Positions 26,480 through 40,515 of a DNA stretch of 64,000 nucleotides are shown piece by piece (position 1 is the first letter of the stretch; each line of letters opens with the position of its first letter). This stretch comes from Octopus vulgaris (taxonomy: Eukaryota). A program made the translations under genes and the position numbers. The DNA lies in NCBI GenBank assembly GCA_951406725.2, contig OX597819.1, positions 8,804,001 through 8,868,000 on the forward strand, read 5' to 3'. The notes under the pieces were generated by a model, which saw only the letters and a program-made list of their open reading frames with translations, made no database searches and was not told the DNA's origin.

Positions 26480-27337
26480 GTGTGTGTATGTGTGTTATAT
26501 ATCTGTGTATGTTATATATAGATACATGTTATATTTGTGTGCTGTGTGTATATGTGATATATGTGGGTGCGTTGTGTGTGGGTGTGTGTGTTCTGTGTGT
26601 GTGTGTGTTGTTTGTATGTGGTGTGTGTTTGTATACTATGTGTGTGTGTGTGTGTGTTGTTGTGTGTGTGTGTGTTTGTGTGTATATATATGTGTGTGAC
26701 AAACAGACGCTGTCTGACCAGCAGGCACGGACACATCTATTCACACCCGCATACTAACCTCCTGATAACCCCAAAATCATTCATGCATAAAGGGGAAGTA
26801 TACACCACATTGGCTACTTCTTCTGTTCTCTCAGTTCAGCCTTTCTGCTAATACTGACAGGTCAGTAAAAACATACTTAAAATATTCTGAGATGTACAAA
26901 AAAGCCATTTTAATTTTTGCTGTCAAAACGCTGTATATATATACCAAAGATTGTATATATATACATGTAATGTGACAATTTGCGACAACCAATAATTAAC
27001 GCAACCAATTCCCAATAATATATTTGTTTTATCCTTTTCTGCCAAATTTTCCCAAATAATGTGACAATTATGTATAAAAAAACATTTTTGAATTCATAAT
27101 ATCCAATGTGACAATTATGTAAAAAACTTTTTTGAATGCATAATATTCAATGTGACAATTATGTAAAAAACTTTTTTGAATGCATAATATTCAATGTGAC
27201 AATTATGTAAAAAACTTTTTTTGAACCCATATTATTCAATGTTTCCTTAAATGTAACTTTTGACAATCTTTTACCAAAGAGTGAAACCGGTTAAGTAAAT
27301 AAACATCGTTTAAATTGCATTTTCAAACCTTTTTTCT

Positions 27338-27343
<6 letters not shown>
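24975..27343 (+). repeat. Inverted copy of the PLE 3' region (GIY-YIG C-terminus + long 3' UTR/pLTR)
   Basis: gaagactacatagggcaaacgagcc at 24975 is the reverse complement of 22827-22851; the ORF track shows mirrored identical peptides. Confidence 0.95.
27256..27296 (+). ncRNA. Hammerhead-like motif (U3:A8 variant), right PLE arm
   Basis: Mirror of 20460-20500. Confidence 0.5.
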
Positions 27344-27369
<26 letters not shown>

Positions 27370-27962
27370 GTTGTATGAAAGTGTCGTTAGGGTGGTTATA
27401 TAAATATATGTACAGGTATAAATTTGTACGTCTGAATAAGGGCGTGCATTTTTTTGTATGTATGTGTAATATGTATATGTGTGGGCGCGCACACGTATAC
27501 ATGCATACATACATGCATACATGCATAAATGCAGACATACATACATACATACATACATACATACATACATACATACATACATGCATACACTGGTACGAAC
27601 GCGTTATCTTAAAGATAGCGTATTTGACGTTAATATTGGGTGTAGGATCTGATGATCAATTATTCCGTACCTCTTCTTGTATACATGTGACTATTTATGC
27701 GTGTACGCGTATTTTACCAACCTCCATACTTAACTTGCCTTTTCTTTTCAAAGTTTGGTCATATCTCGTAGATTTTACTACTCTACCTTCTACTGTCATA
27801 AAGGTTTATGCGACTCATTCTTACACTAGACATTTCCTTCAATACCACCTCATTCTTTTTTCACTATGATTCCAGTTGTTACAACATCTCTTTCTTTCTC
27901 TCTGCTTTAAATCAAATCTATAGCCTGAAAGTCAATAAGTATGTAATATCGGCGCATACGAA

Positions 27963-28048
<86 letters not shown>

Positions 28049-28073
28049 GGTGTATATAAGTATGTAAGACTAA

Positions 28074-28113
<40 letters not shown>

Positions 28114-29467
28114 AAGCATATATATATATATATATGTATGTATAAGCATATATACATATATGTGTGTGTTTTTGTGTATGTATGTATTTATATGCACATA
28201 CACACATATACACACAGAAACACACACACACACGTATGTATTTATGATAGTGAAAGTGCAAGCACGTTTTAAATACACACAAATCAGTCGGTTATCTTCC
28301 CTTGTATATTAACATTGCAAATAACTTTTCACACATCGTCTCATATATAATTCCATTCATTTTTTCAGCTATGAACACAACTTGCTTTTTCGCCAATTTA
28401 CTTTCGATGCCTTGCACTTACAATATACAACCGGAATGATATCCTGGCGGAAATAAAATTATTCTAAGAGGAGATATAATATGTATGGCAAACAGTAGTT
28501 TTTACTGGTTAGCCTCGGGATTCCTTGAAGGAGTATATCGTCTTGTGACCATTTTGTATATTAGGAGCTACTTTGTATAATATGTCATTTGTTCTTTTTT
28601 AGACCGTACAGTGAATAAGTGAAGGTAGACCGACTTCCCGTATACGTTTGTGCAAAAGGTTAATGTGCGTATATTAGATGGGTATATATTGACCAATATA
28701 ATAAAAAAGCAGTAAATTTTATTCTAGCTATCATGTAGAAACTATGTCCTTGATAAATAAATACATATATGTATATATGTATATATGCATGAGTCAGAAG
28801 AGTCGAGGGAGTAGTATTGACTGCTGTATCTATTAGGTTTATATTGCATGCAGTAAATAGTATTTTAACATATGCAGTGGTATATTATAGTTGTTGCTGA
28901 TGTTGTTTAGGCTCTATTAAGCTGATATTTAGCACACACTTGATAAAAAGCATTCCTTCAGAGACCAACTCGTCTTTAAGTATATCGGGCAATGGATTGC
29001 CCAATGTCTCTTTCCTTTTCAAAGACCGACGAAGATTTCCCTGTTATTTCAAGGAGTTTAATTAACGCATGAAGTTCTTAGTTATCTGCTAAAATGTTTT
29101 CGTGCAAATTGCTTAACGTGGGCGCGCGCGCGCGTGGTGGTGGTGGTGAGGGGGTAGTGGTGGTGGTGGGTGGTGGTGGTGGTGGTGGTGGCGTTGGTGG
29201 TGGTGCAGTACATTAATCAGTTTCTGTGTGTTGATGTTAATGAGTATGATTAAAGGCAAATTTAACTATTCTTATCTGGTTTAGATATCAAGCTATGACA
29301 CAGGCGTTGACTCATTCATCCATCTATTTATACATACGTACGTATACATCCATATACACATTATATATATATATATGTATGTATATATATATATATATAT
29401 ATATGTGTGCATATATATATCTGTGTGTATATATATATATATGTATGTATATATATATATCTGTGTG

Positions 29468-29510
<43 letters not shown>

Positions 29511-29596
29511 ATGTATATATATATATACATATATGCATACATATACAATATATTTATACATATGTATGTACACATATATGTGTAAATATTTATATA

Positions 29597-29650
<54 letters not shown>

Positions 29651-30479
29651 GTGTGTGTTTGTGTATGTGTATATATAAACACAGGTAATCCTATGATATA
29701 TATGCATGTGTATGCGTAGTGTGTGTGTGTGCCCGCGCACGTGTATGTGTAAGCATGGACATGTAAAACACACCAAAGAATCCATTATAATGCATAGAAA
29801 GTTCAGGAAAATCCCACATTCTCCACGCCGTCGAGGAAAATTATGTGACATATGGAGGTTGTATTATCAAACGATTATTTGGTAGTGTCTTCTGATATTA
29901 AACATTTGGTGATGTACATCAGGGAAGAGAGACAGAGAGAAACAGATTGTACAAAACAGGCAGATGAAAACACAGCTATGGTAATGTAGAGATAAGTGTT
30001 GTATGTGTTTGTGTGGTGAGGTTGGAGAGTCAATAGTAGCTGTGACTACTACGAGACTAAAAGATTATAGATTAAAGCAGGGATGATGAAAACCTATCAG
30101 CTATCACAAACGAAATACTTCAATTTGGTCACTCGTTTATATATAGCTTTCTGTTTTAGTTTTAGTAATTATAAATAAGCTCTAAGTGTGTCAGATAAAT
30201 AACAAAATAATCCACCATTTCACGTATATATATTTTTTCATTTATGAGAGAGACTTTTTGTGAAATATTGATAAAAAATGAGGTTGAAATTGACAGTTAC
30301 AAAGTACGTATGATGCTATCGTACAGAAAATGGCAATATTATTTTGGCTATTCATCCAGCCTTAATTAGAGCGGAAATTCTAGTCTGGAGTATAATAATC
30401 CAATTCTATGAAGAAGTAAGAAGCCTCGTAATGATTTGCTGATCATTAATTACCGTACATTATTAATGAGACATGAGTT

Positions 30480-30925
30480 CGCGGAGCTGGCAGAATAGTT
30501 AGCACGCTGAACAACAACGCGTAACGACATCTCTTACTTTCTGAGTTCAAGTTACATGGTGGTCAACTTTGCTTTTTCTTCTGTGATCAACAAAATAAGT
30601 ACCAGTTGAGTACTGGGACCGATGTAATTGTTGACTTCCCCTTTTAATAATTGCACTATAAAGTGATACCGTATCATTTCCCGTAAAATATCTATTTCTT
30701 TACTACCCACAAGGGGCTAAATACAGAGGGGACAAACAAGGACAGACAAAGGGATTAAGTCGACTACATCGACCCCAGTGCGTAGCTGGTACTTAATTTA
30801 TCGACCCCGAAAGGATGAAAGGCAAAGTCGACCTCGGCGGAATTTGAACTCGGAACGTAACGACAGACGAAATACGGCTACGAATTTCGCCCGGCGTGCT
30901 AACGTTTCTACCAGCTCGCCGCCTT
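30480..30925. mobile_element. Two SINE family C copies in opposite orientation (~30480-30640 +, ~30690-30925 -)
   Basis: Head ggcggcgagctggcagaatcgttagcacgccgggcg, B-box gagttcaaattcc, central gcctttcatcctttcggggtcgataaattaagtaccag (resembles the Meta/MESC SINE domain). Confidence 0.85.
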
Positions 30926-31608
30926 CCCGTAAAATATCATTAATTAAAGACTCTAAGCTGCATTCACAGAAGACTTAATTTGTATAAATTCCACATGTTT
31001 GTCACCTTCCTACATGACTAAAAATCTCCTACATCCCCTTAAGTATATGGGCATTTCCGTATTGTTCCGTATTGTTCCTTCAGTTATTCTATTCACAAAA
31101 TATCTCACTCCTAATTAATCTCAACTCCTAATTAATACTTCATCTTCAGAAAGGGCGGCGATCTTGTAGAATCGTTCGCACGTCGATGTAACTGATTTAG
31201 CTCCACCCTCAAAATTGATGCCCTCGTGCCAAAATTTGGAACCGATGTTTCTTTTTCATGCGGTTTTATAATAAAGACGCATCCTCTTGTAAATGTCGAT
31301 TTTACCCAACAAAATACTCTTTCACGCAACATAAGTGGGGCATTGAGTGCCTTCTATACGTCAATGATTATATCTGTTTCCACTTCCAGATTTTTATCGT
31401 TATACACACATATAAAAACACACAGACACGCACGCACAGACAAGCACGCACATATACACACTCTGTATGTACACCCTACTTAAATATTTATTGTCAATTT
31501 ATGTTGTGTGTGTGCTGTCTGTATATGTGATATCTACTCTGTGTATTCTCAGTGTATAGCCATCTATGCATCACTGTCAATGTACTTATTGCTTTTGTGC
31601 GTACACAC

Positions 31609-31649
<41 letters not shown>

Positions 31650-31703
31650 TGTACACACACATATGGAGAGAGAGTGAAAGAGACTGACAGACAGTGAGTG
31701 AGC

Positions 31704-31998
<295 letters not shown>

Positions 31999-33008
31999 GT
32001 CAAATATTCAAATACATGATTATATTAACAGATTTTGTGTGCTTGTATTTTCATATATCTGTAAGTATTACTACGTTTACGTGCATGTCTGTTTCTGTGT
32101 ATGCGTATGTGTATGTGTCTGTCTGTCTGTGTATTTGTGTACATGTATGTATGTATGTATGTATGTACGTATGTATGTATGTATGTATGTATGTATGTAT
32201 GTATGTATGTACGTACGTATGTATGTATGTATGTATGTATGTATGTATGTATGTCGGCACTCGCATATGTATGCATGTAAGTATCTATGTATGTATATAT
32301 ATATGTATGTAGTTGTGTGTATGCTTGTATGCGTGTATTATACATATTTAACTTCTAAATATTGAAATTAGTTTTATATAGGCCAATTGATATCAATTAT
32401 TAAAATAAGGCGTATTTAGTTTGGCTTATTTCTGACTTTAATCTAATAGTTTCATGATGAATTTTCGTTTTATTCAGCACATGATCAGAAAGGTTTCTTT
32501 TTAATTAATTTTCATCTCTTTTTCTTTGTTTCAGATGCAAGGAATTTTTTTCCAGATATTTAATTAAAATATAAAATAAATAGACTGCCAGTTATAATTT
32601 GTGCATTTCTATATGAAGTTGTTTGACATCTAATGTAGTAAATCTGATATCTATATATTTTTTATATGAAAACATTTATCAATTATACTTGTTATTAATT
32701 AAAAGTAATGCAACATTGACTGCTATGTGTTGCGCTCGAAAGTCTTTCATTACTACCAACATTCTTTCAACGTTGTTATTGTTTCTAGCTAACAGAATTG
32801 TTATATGTAGTGATAAAGGAAAAAAGCACTGATACACCCTGGCCAATAATTTTTATAGCTTTTTATCTCCCACTTTCGTCTTTTGCGCTCAGCCCTCATC
32901 GGAGTCAACTTATATTTTATCATCATTTGATAAATGAAATAAGGTTTACATTAGTATGAGGGTTTGTTTCAGTCGGGTTCTCACTGTTCTCTACAAATGT
33001 GTAGGTTT

Positions 33009-33391
33009 GGAAGCACTCCGTCGGTTACGACGACGAGGGTTCCGGTTGATCCGATCAACGGAACAGCCTGCTCGTGAAATTAACGTGTAAGTGGCTGAGC
33101 ACTCCACAGACACGTGCACCCTTAACGTAGTTCTCGGGGATATTCAGCGTGACACAGAGAGTGACAAGGCCGGCCCTTTGAAATACATGTACAACAGAAA
33201 CAGGAAGTAAGAGTGAGAGAAAGTTGTGGCGAAAGAGTACAGCAGGGATCACCACCATCCCCTGCCGGAGCCTCGTGGAGCTTTAGGTGTTTTCGCTCAA
33301 TAAACACTCACAACGCCCGGTCTGGGAATCGAAACCACGATCCTACGACCGCGAGTCCGCTGCCCTAACCACTGGGCCATTGCGCCTCCAC
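33009..33391 (-). mobile_element. SINE family B
   Basis: Reverse complement of 2466-2850; tgtaggttt repeated on both sides as a probable TSD. Confidence 0.9.
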
Positions 33392-33679
33392 GTGTAGGTT
33401 TACATTTTTATTAGCGAAAAAAGTAGCAGTAAATAACAGCACATGTATAAAAACCATGTACATCTTTGTATGGGTTTGTGTAAAAACGTGTATGAATAAG
33501 TATGATTTGGTGTTTAAGCCAAAATGATAAGCGGAGAAGTTCCTTAAGATCGACAAGTTTGACCAGGCAGATATATACGAGTGGGATATGTGTGTACATA
33601 TATGTGTGCGTCTATGTGTTTGTGTGTGTGTAAACATATATATATAAATATATACACACATACACACATATATATATGT

Positions 33680-33936
33680 CTAGTCATTTGACTGCGGCCA
33701 TGCAGGAGCACCGCCTTTAATCGAGCAACCCAACCCCGGGACTTATTCTTTGTAAGCCCAGTACTTATTCTATCGGTCTATTTTGCCGAACCGCAAAGTG
33801 ACGGAGACATAAACACACCAGCATCGGTTGTCAAGCAATGCTAGGGGGACAAACACAGACACACAAGCATATATATATGTATACATATATACGACGGGCT
33901 TCTTTCAGTTTCCGTCTACCAAATCCACTCACAAGG

Positions 33937-33938
<2 letters not shown>
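33680..33938 (-). mobile_element. SINE family A, partial
   Basis: Identity to other copies; cut by (TA)n. Confidence 0.85.
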
Positions 33939-34012
<74 letters not shown>

Positions 34013-34469
34013 CGCACATACATATATAGGTAGGTAGATATATATATACACATATATATTTACATATGCATATATTTGTGTATATGTACATACACGCACA
34101 CACACAATCAATGAATGTTTGCGCGTGTGTGTGTTTGTGCATGCGTGCGTGTGTGTGATCGTGGGTTCGATTCTCAGACCAGCTGAATGTTGGGTTCTTG
34201 GGCAACACACTTCATTTCACGTTGCTCCAATCCACTCAACTGTAAATAGACAGGTAACCTTGCAGCGGATTAACTTTCCAATCGGGGTGGGGTGCATTTT
34301 GCGTCGTTCTAGCTTTCGAACGATGCCATCCTACAAGCTAGGCGAGCAGTACAATATTCTTCCTGATCGGAAGGTTAGTTCGTCACAAGGTCATCTGCTT
34401 ACTGTTGAGTGGACTGGAGCAACGGGAAATGAAGTGAAATGAAGGCCTGAAATTACATCGCTTCCAGTG

Positions 34470-34605
34470 CTTGACTGGTACTTGTTTTATCAACCCTGAA
34501 AGAATCGAAGGTAATGTCGACCTCGGAGGCATTTTGAACTCAGAACGTAAAGATGAACGAAATTCCACTAAGCATTATGTCCAGCGCAGTAACGATTCTG
34601 CCTTA
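34470..34605 (-). mobile_element. SINE family C, diverged
   Basis: gactggtacttgttttatcaaccctgaaagaatcgaagg...tttgaactcagaacg. Confidence 0.7.
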
Positions 34606-34619
34606 GAAAGAAATATTGA

Positions 34620-35180
34620 AAACGGATCTTAACATAAATTGTGGATGTGCAACCAGCACAATGAGATATTTGGCAACTCCGTCTCCGATTGCTCAGTCCT
34701 CGTCAAATTTAAATATATACACAGGCATGCGTATATACACAAGTATGAAGCTTTGGCAATATGTCAACATTTCGATGTGAAACCGAATAAGAAGTGGTAC
34801 AAATATGTAGCTAACGCGGTGCATGACAACGACCAAGATAGAATAATCTACGATATGCCTCCCCGGAATGACAATGAGATGAAGGTGAAATGTCCAAAGT
34901 GGAAAACAAACGCATGCTTGCTGATAAGCATCACACGCCACTCTCAGATAAATATTGCTGGATAAGCAATGAGAAAACTACCAAAATAGAAAGACCTTGA
35001 ATTTGAAACATTCAAGATGTTGGGCATGTGAGTGAAATCAATATCAATAGTAATTGAACCACTGGTTATAATTTTTTTTTTAATAAAAGAAACATACCAG
35101 GTCTACAGCTAATGGCAGGTCTACAGTGCCCAAAAATAGCTCTGCTAGGGCAACACACATCTCGCAGAAGAAACTACCAA
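34620..35180 (+). mobile_element. Decayed R4/Dong-type LINE C-terminus (zinc knuckle + restriction-like endonuclease)
   Basis: C..HNE....VSDCSVL...YIHRH...ICQHF....KKWYKY....V.DND..RIIYD, then KDLEFE..KM...VKSISIVI-like sequence. Confidence 0.75.
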
Positions 35181-35407
35181 TTCAATAGAGTAGTTCACGA
35201 TTTAATAGAAAGGTTCAAATAGAATCATCTTCGCTCACAACACCTATTCTATACAACAAACACCTAGTAATTTAAAACGACACAGCTCGCTCAACAGAAA
35301 CTCTACATGATAAGATAACGCAACTCACGTTACACACCATGAACAACAGAACAATCGTTAATATTTTTTTTTAATGCTTAATATAACAAGAAACTAAACC
35401 GCATAGT

Positions 35408-35792
35408 GGAAGCACTCCGTCGGTTACGGCGATGAGGGTTCCGGTTGATCCGATCAACGGAACAGCCTGCTCGTGAAATTAACGTGTAAGTGGCTGAGCA
35501 CTCCACAGACACGTGTACCCTTAACGTAGTTCTCGGGGATATTCAGCGTGACACAGAGAGTGACAAGGCCGGCCCTTTGAAATACAGGTACAACAGAAAC
35601 AGGAAGTAAGAGTGAGAGAAAGTTGTGGTGAAAGAGTACAGCAGGGATCACCACCATCCCCTGCCGGAGCCTCGTGGAGCTTTTTAGGTGTTTTCGCCCA
35701 ATAAACACTCACAACGCTCGGTCTGGGAATCGAAACCGCGATCCCTACGACCGCGAGTCCGCTGCCCTAACCACTGGGCCATTGCGCCTCCA
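35408..35792 (-). mobile_element. SINE family B
   Basis: Full copy; actaaaccgcata on both sides is a 13-nt TSD. Confidence 0.92.
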
Positions 35793-35984
35793 CACTAAAC
35801 CGCATAACAAACGAGCTGAAGCAGTACTCTGCTGTTGCAGTGTTTATATAATCCTCAACCCCAACAAAAATACGAGCAAAAGCTGCACACGCTGCAGGAA
35901 CACGGAAGTGCATCAAGTGGTGCAGTAAAAACTCATATGAAACTACCGAAGAAATAATAATAATAATGGTTTCCGGTCGCAATT

Positions 35985-36170
35985 TTAAGGGATGGGAGGG
36001 TGTTTAGTCGGTTGTCGATACCATCAACCCACCACCTGACTGGTATTTTACTTTGTCGACCCCTAAAGAATGAAAGGAAAGGTTTACTTCGGTTGAACTG
36101 GAATTCGGAATGTAGAGTCGTAACAAATACCGAAAAGCATTTAGTCCGGTGATCTTATGATTCGGTCAAT
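35985..36170 (-). mobile_element. SINE family C, diverged
   Basis: gactggtattttactttgtcgacccctaaagaatgaaagg... Confidence 0.6.
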
Positions 36171-38117
36171 AATATATGTGAATATATTCATGTGTATATG
36201 TATGTTTTGACACAGGTAAAAGCAATGCCCTTATACACGTTTAGACATGTAATTATATCCTCACACAAGTCAACGAGAGAAACTCGAAATAGCAACCGCA
36301 TTTCCTTCAAATCATTCATCTCTCTAATTTAATGAGCGGCGCATTAAATTCCCTACAAAGACGGAATGGTTACGGCTGGAATGCATTTTATCATATTAAT
36401 GAGCGATCACAGTTCATCAACAACCTCATCGATTCCATCAATTTGTATCGATATACTGTAATCTGCTTCACCGTGACAAATGAAAGCCCTGAAGTGCAAC
36501 ATTTAAATTTCTAAATTTTCAAAAAGGCAAGTCAACAGCAATACAATTACAAGCTAGAACCCTCTTTCTTATCTAAATTGGCTTTCTAATTATCAATCAA
36601 TGAATATTTATTTATTTCAGAGATGTATCATAAATAGTCAAATTATCTTTTACTGTCAGATGCATCTACCAGTGGTCGTTATGCTCTATTTACCTTAGTA
36701 ATGTACCCCTCAAAACTATAATAATCGTAGACTTCGAGCTCAAAAATATAATTCAAAAAAGATTTTTCATAAATTATACAATACAATGCCTTTGCTCTAT
36801 AGCGTCTGTCAACTACCATGACCATGGTAACTGAGCATGGTCGTTGGTAGGATACGAACTAACACCTCTTCGTTCTGTTGCTAGATTATTTATTGATTTC
36901 GCGATTTTCACTCTGCTATAGAAAAATGCACCAAATGAGATTGAGATCCAAAGCCCTGATTTTAACTTTAAATCCATTTATCGTGTTTTGTTTATCTTTT
37001 TTTTTTTCTCTTAAAGCAACTTTGACTTAAAAGTAAAGTGGATTTATATCGCTGGTTGTCGGGATGTAACAGATGGGCTTATCGAATCATATCTTCATAG
37101 AGATGAGATAGATAGATTGGGGGGAAATAGAAACAGGAAAGAAGAGCAAGAGAAGAAAAAGAGAGAAACAAAATGAGAGAGCGCACGAGAGAGAGAACGA
37201 CATATACACAGGGAGAGAGATAGAACGATATATATATACACAAGAGGAGAGAAAGAGAGAAAAAGAGGGGGGTAGAACGATTTATTATAGACACAGATCG
37301 GATCAGCAAGCAAATAGCTGATGGCTTATTAGTTCTAACGATATTATAAGAAAGAAACAAACAATACATTTCTATGTATTTACTCCGCATGTTTCTCGTA
37401 TAATTACCATAATTGTGTTTTGTCAAATATTACAGAACCTTATACAATACTTGAGGCAAGAAGATAACCGTGAGGATGAGGTATTGAATTACCTTCTATG
37501 AGGTCATGTATTCAAATTCTCTTTTATGGTTTGGTTGTGTTATGAATCAGCACGCTTCATTCTACATCGTGTCAGCTCACAAAGCTATAAGGAAGAGGTA
37601 GATGACTATTTGCCCCAAGATCACTATCTCAGTTTCTCTTTTATAATTGAACTTTGACTTTGGTTCGAATGCCAGACTGCAACATACAGTCTATTTTGTA
37701 TTAAACACATCGGGATATCCAGAAGATAGACATATTTCTCGACCATAAAGAATTCGCGCCTCTGTGTTCACAGAAGCTGTTTAAATATTCCAGAAAACTA
37801 GCAAGGCAAGTAAGTACACCATTTTCATAAATTTCTGTACGATGCCAAGTCTGAGTGCGATGCTATCACTAACACCATTGAGTAGAAGTCATCCATCGAG
37901 TCGAGTCAGAAACAAGTTTGCTCCACTTAGGCTAATATGAAAGCCAAAATAAATTAATACAAATAAAAGTTCAATTCACAGAGGAGCCATCTCATTTCTT
38001 CTATTTATCGCGCATATCATTGTCGATAGCCAGATCCTACAAAAAGCGTTTGCTCTGGATAAACTTATTTGAAGAACAATCCTTTTTTGGTAGTTGAATG
38101 AGCAATTATTGTTTAAC

Positions 38118-38550
38118 AGGCGCAAGAGTGGCTGTGTGGTAAGTAGCTTGCTAACCAACCACATGGTTCCAGGTTCAGTCCCACTGCGTGGCATCTTGGG
38201 CAAGTGTCTTCTGCTATAGCCCCTGGCCGACCAATGCCTTGTGAGTGGATTTGGTAGACGGAAACTGAAATATATATGTGTATGTGTGTGTGTGTGTTTG
38301 TATGTGTGTTTGTCCCCTTAGCATTGCTTGACAATGTGTATGTGTGTTTGTCCCCCTAGCATTGCTTGACAACCGATGCTGGTGTGTTTGAGTCCCCGTC
38401 ATTTAGCGGTTCGGCAAAAGAGACCGATAGAATAAGTACTGGGCTTACAAAGAATAAGTCCCGGGGTCGATTTGCTCGACTAAAGGCGATGCTCCAGCAT
38501 GGCCACAGTCAAATGACTGAAACAAGTAAAAGAGTAAAAGAGTAAAAGAG
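38118..38550 (+). mobile_element. SINE family A (internal duplication of gtgtgtttgtcccctagcattgcttgacaa)
   Basis: Identity to other copies. Confidence 0.9.
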
Positions 38551-38754
38551 AGACATTTTCACTGCATTCAAGAGTTGGATTCATTGATGAAATATGATAG
38601 CAGCTATATTTCTAAAATTCATCAATCTAAGATCAAACTTTTCAACACTTAAAAGAATTATTAATATTTTCTGAAATGCCACCACAACTCGAGAAAACTT
38701 ATTTATAAACCGTATGTCGATACAAGACAGGATTATTATGATTATCACCATAAA

Positions 38755-40040
38755 GGCGGCGAGCTGGCAGAATCGTTAGCACGCTGGGCGAAATGCTTAT
38801 CGTTATTTCATCTGATGCTACTTTGTGAGTTCAAATTCCGCCAAGGTCGACTTTACTTTTCATCCTTTCGAGGTCGATAAATTAAGTACCAGTGAAACAC
38901 TGGGTCGATGTAATCGACTAGTCCCCTCCCACAAAATTTCAAGCCTTTGTGCCTTCAGTAGAAAGGATTACTATTCTTCTCTACTCTAGACACAAGGTCC
39001 GAAATTTGAGGGGAGAGAGCCAATCGATTAGATCGACCCCAGTACGCAACAGGTATTTAATTTATCGCCGTTGAAAGGATGAAAGGCAAGGTCGACTTCG
39101 GCGGAATTTGAACTCAGAACGTAAAGAGAGACGAAATTCCGCTAAGCATTTCGGCCGGCGTGCTAACGATTCTGCCAGCTCTCCGCTTTAATAGAAAGGA
39201 TTATTATCATCGTAAAGTCGACGAGCTGGCAGAATCGTTAGCACGCCGGGTAAAATACTTAGCGGTATTTCGTCTGTCGTTACGTTCTGAGTTCAAATCC
39301 CGCCGAGGTCGACTTTGCCTTTCATCCTTTCGGGGTCGATAAATTAAGTACCAGTTAAGCACTGGGGTCGATGTAATCGACTTAATCCGTTTGTGTGTTC
39401 GTGTTTGTCTCTATGTTTAGCCCCTTGTGGGTAATAAAGAAATAGGTATTTCGTCTGCCGCTACATTCTGAGTTCATATTCCGCTGAGGTCGACTTTGCC
39501 TTTTATCTTTCTGGGTCGATAAAATAAGTACCTGTGAAACACTGGGTCGATGTAATCGACTCATCCCCTCCTCCTAAGTTTCTTTCCTTGTCGCAAAATT
39601 TGAAACCGTTATTATTATCACCATAAAGGGGGTGAGCTGGTAGAATTGTTGGACGCCGGACAAAATGCTTGGCGGCATTCCGTCTGTCTTTACATCTTGC
39701 TAAGCTCGACGTTAACTTTCATCCTTTCAGAGTCGATAAATTAAGTACCAGTCGACCATTTCTGCCCATAATAGATAGGATTATTATTATCGTAATCAAG
39801 GCGGAGAGCGGAAGAATAGTTAGCACATCGAAGAACATGCTTGGCGGCATTTCTTCGGGTATTTTTCGCTCTGAGTTCAACTTCCACCGGGGCCAACTCC
39901 CGCTGCAGTCAACTTCCGCCGGGATCAACTTTTATCTTTTTGCTATCGATAAAATTATGTACCAGTGAAGTTCTGGAGTCGATGTAACCGATTATTCTCA
40001 TCCTCCGAAGATTGCTGGCCATGAGCCTAAATTAGAAAGA
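38755..40040. mobile_element. Cluster of ~6 SINE family C copies in mixed orientation, separated by attattat runs
   Basis: Heads at ~38755, 39215, 39628 and 39799 (+), one minus copy ~38975-39190, partial copy ~39445-39610. Confidence 0.85.
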
Positions 40041-40124
40041 GTTCTTACCTTTATCATTTATGTCATTACTATACTTAGGATTATGACTATCCACTTAATT
40101 TGTATTTTTACAATCGTTACTATT

Positions 40125-40515
40125 CTGCGCAAGCATGGCTGTGTGGTAAAACGTTTGTTTCCCAATCACATGGCTCCTGGTTCACTCTCACTACATGGCA
40201 TCTTAGGCAAGTGTCTGTTATTATAGCCTCGAGCCGACCAAAGCCTTGTGAATGGATTTGGTAGACAGTCATATAAATATATATATATATATATGTGTGT
40301 GTGTATCTTTTTGCCTGTGTTTGTACCTCACCACCAGTGGACAACGGATTTACGTCTCCGTAACATAGCGGTGCGGCAAAACAGGGTGATTGAATAAGCA
40401 CAATATTTTTTTTAAAATAAGAACTGGGGTCGATTAGGTCGACAAAATTCTTCGACATGGTATAACTGAAACATGATAAAATTCTTCGACATGGTATAAC
40501 TGAAACATGATAAAA
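40125..40515 (+). mobile_element. SINE family A, old/diverged
   Basis: gcgcaagcatggctgtgtggtaa...gccgaccaaagccttgtgaatggatttggtagac. Confidence 0.75.

Larger units (their letters stand above)
20375..27343 (-). mobile_element. Penelope-like retroelement (Neptune-type), 5'-truncated, with an inverted copy of its 3' region; (TA)n on both sides
   Basis: RT + GIY-YIG coding region 22603-24875; inverted arms ~20413-22851 and 24975-27343. Confidence 0.93.
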
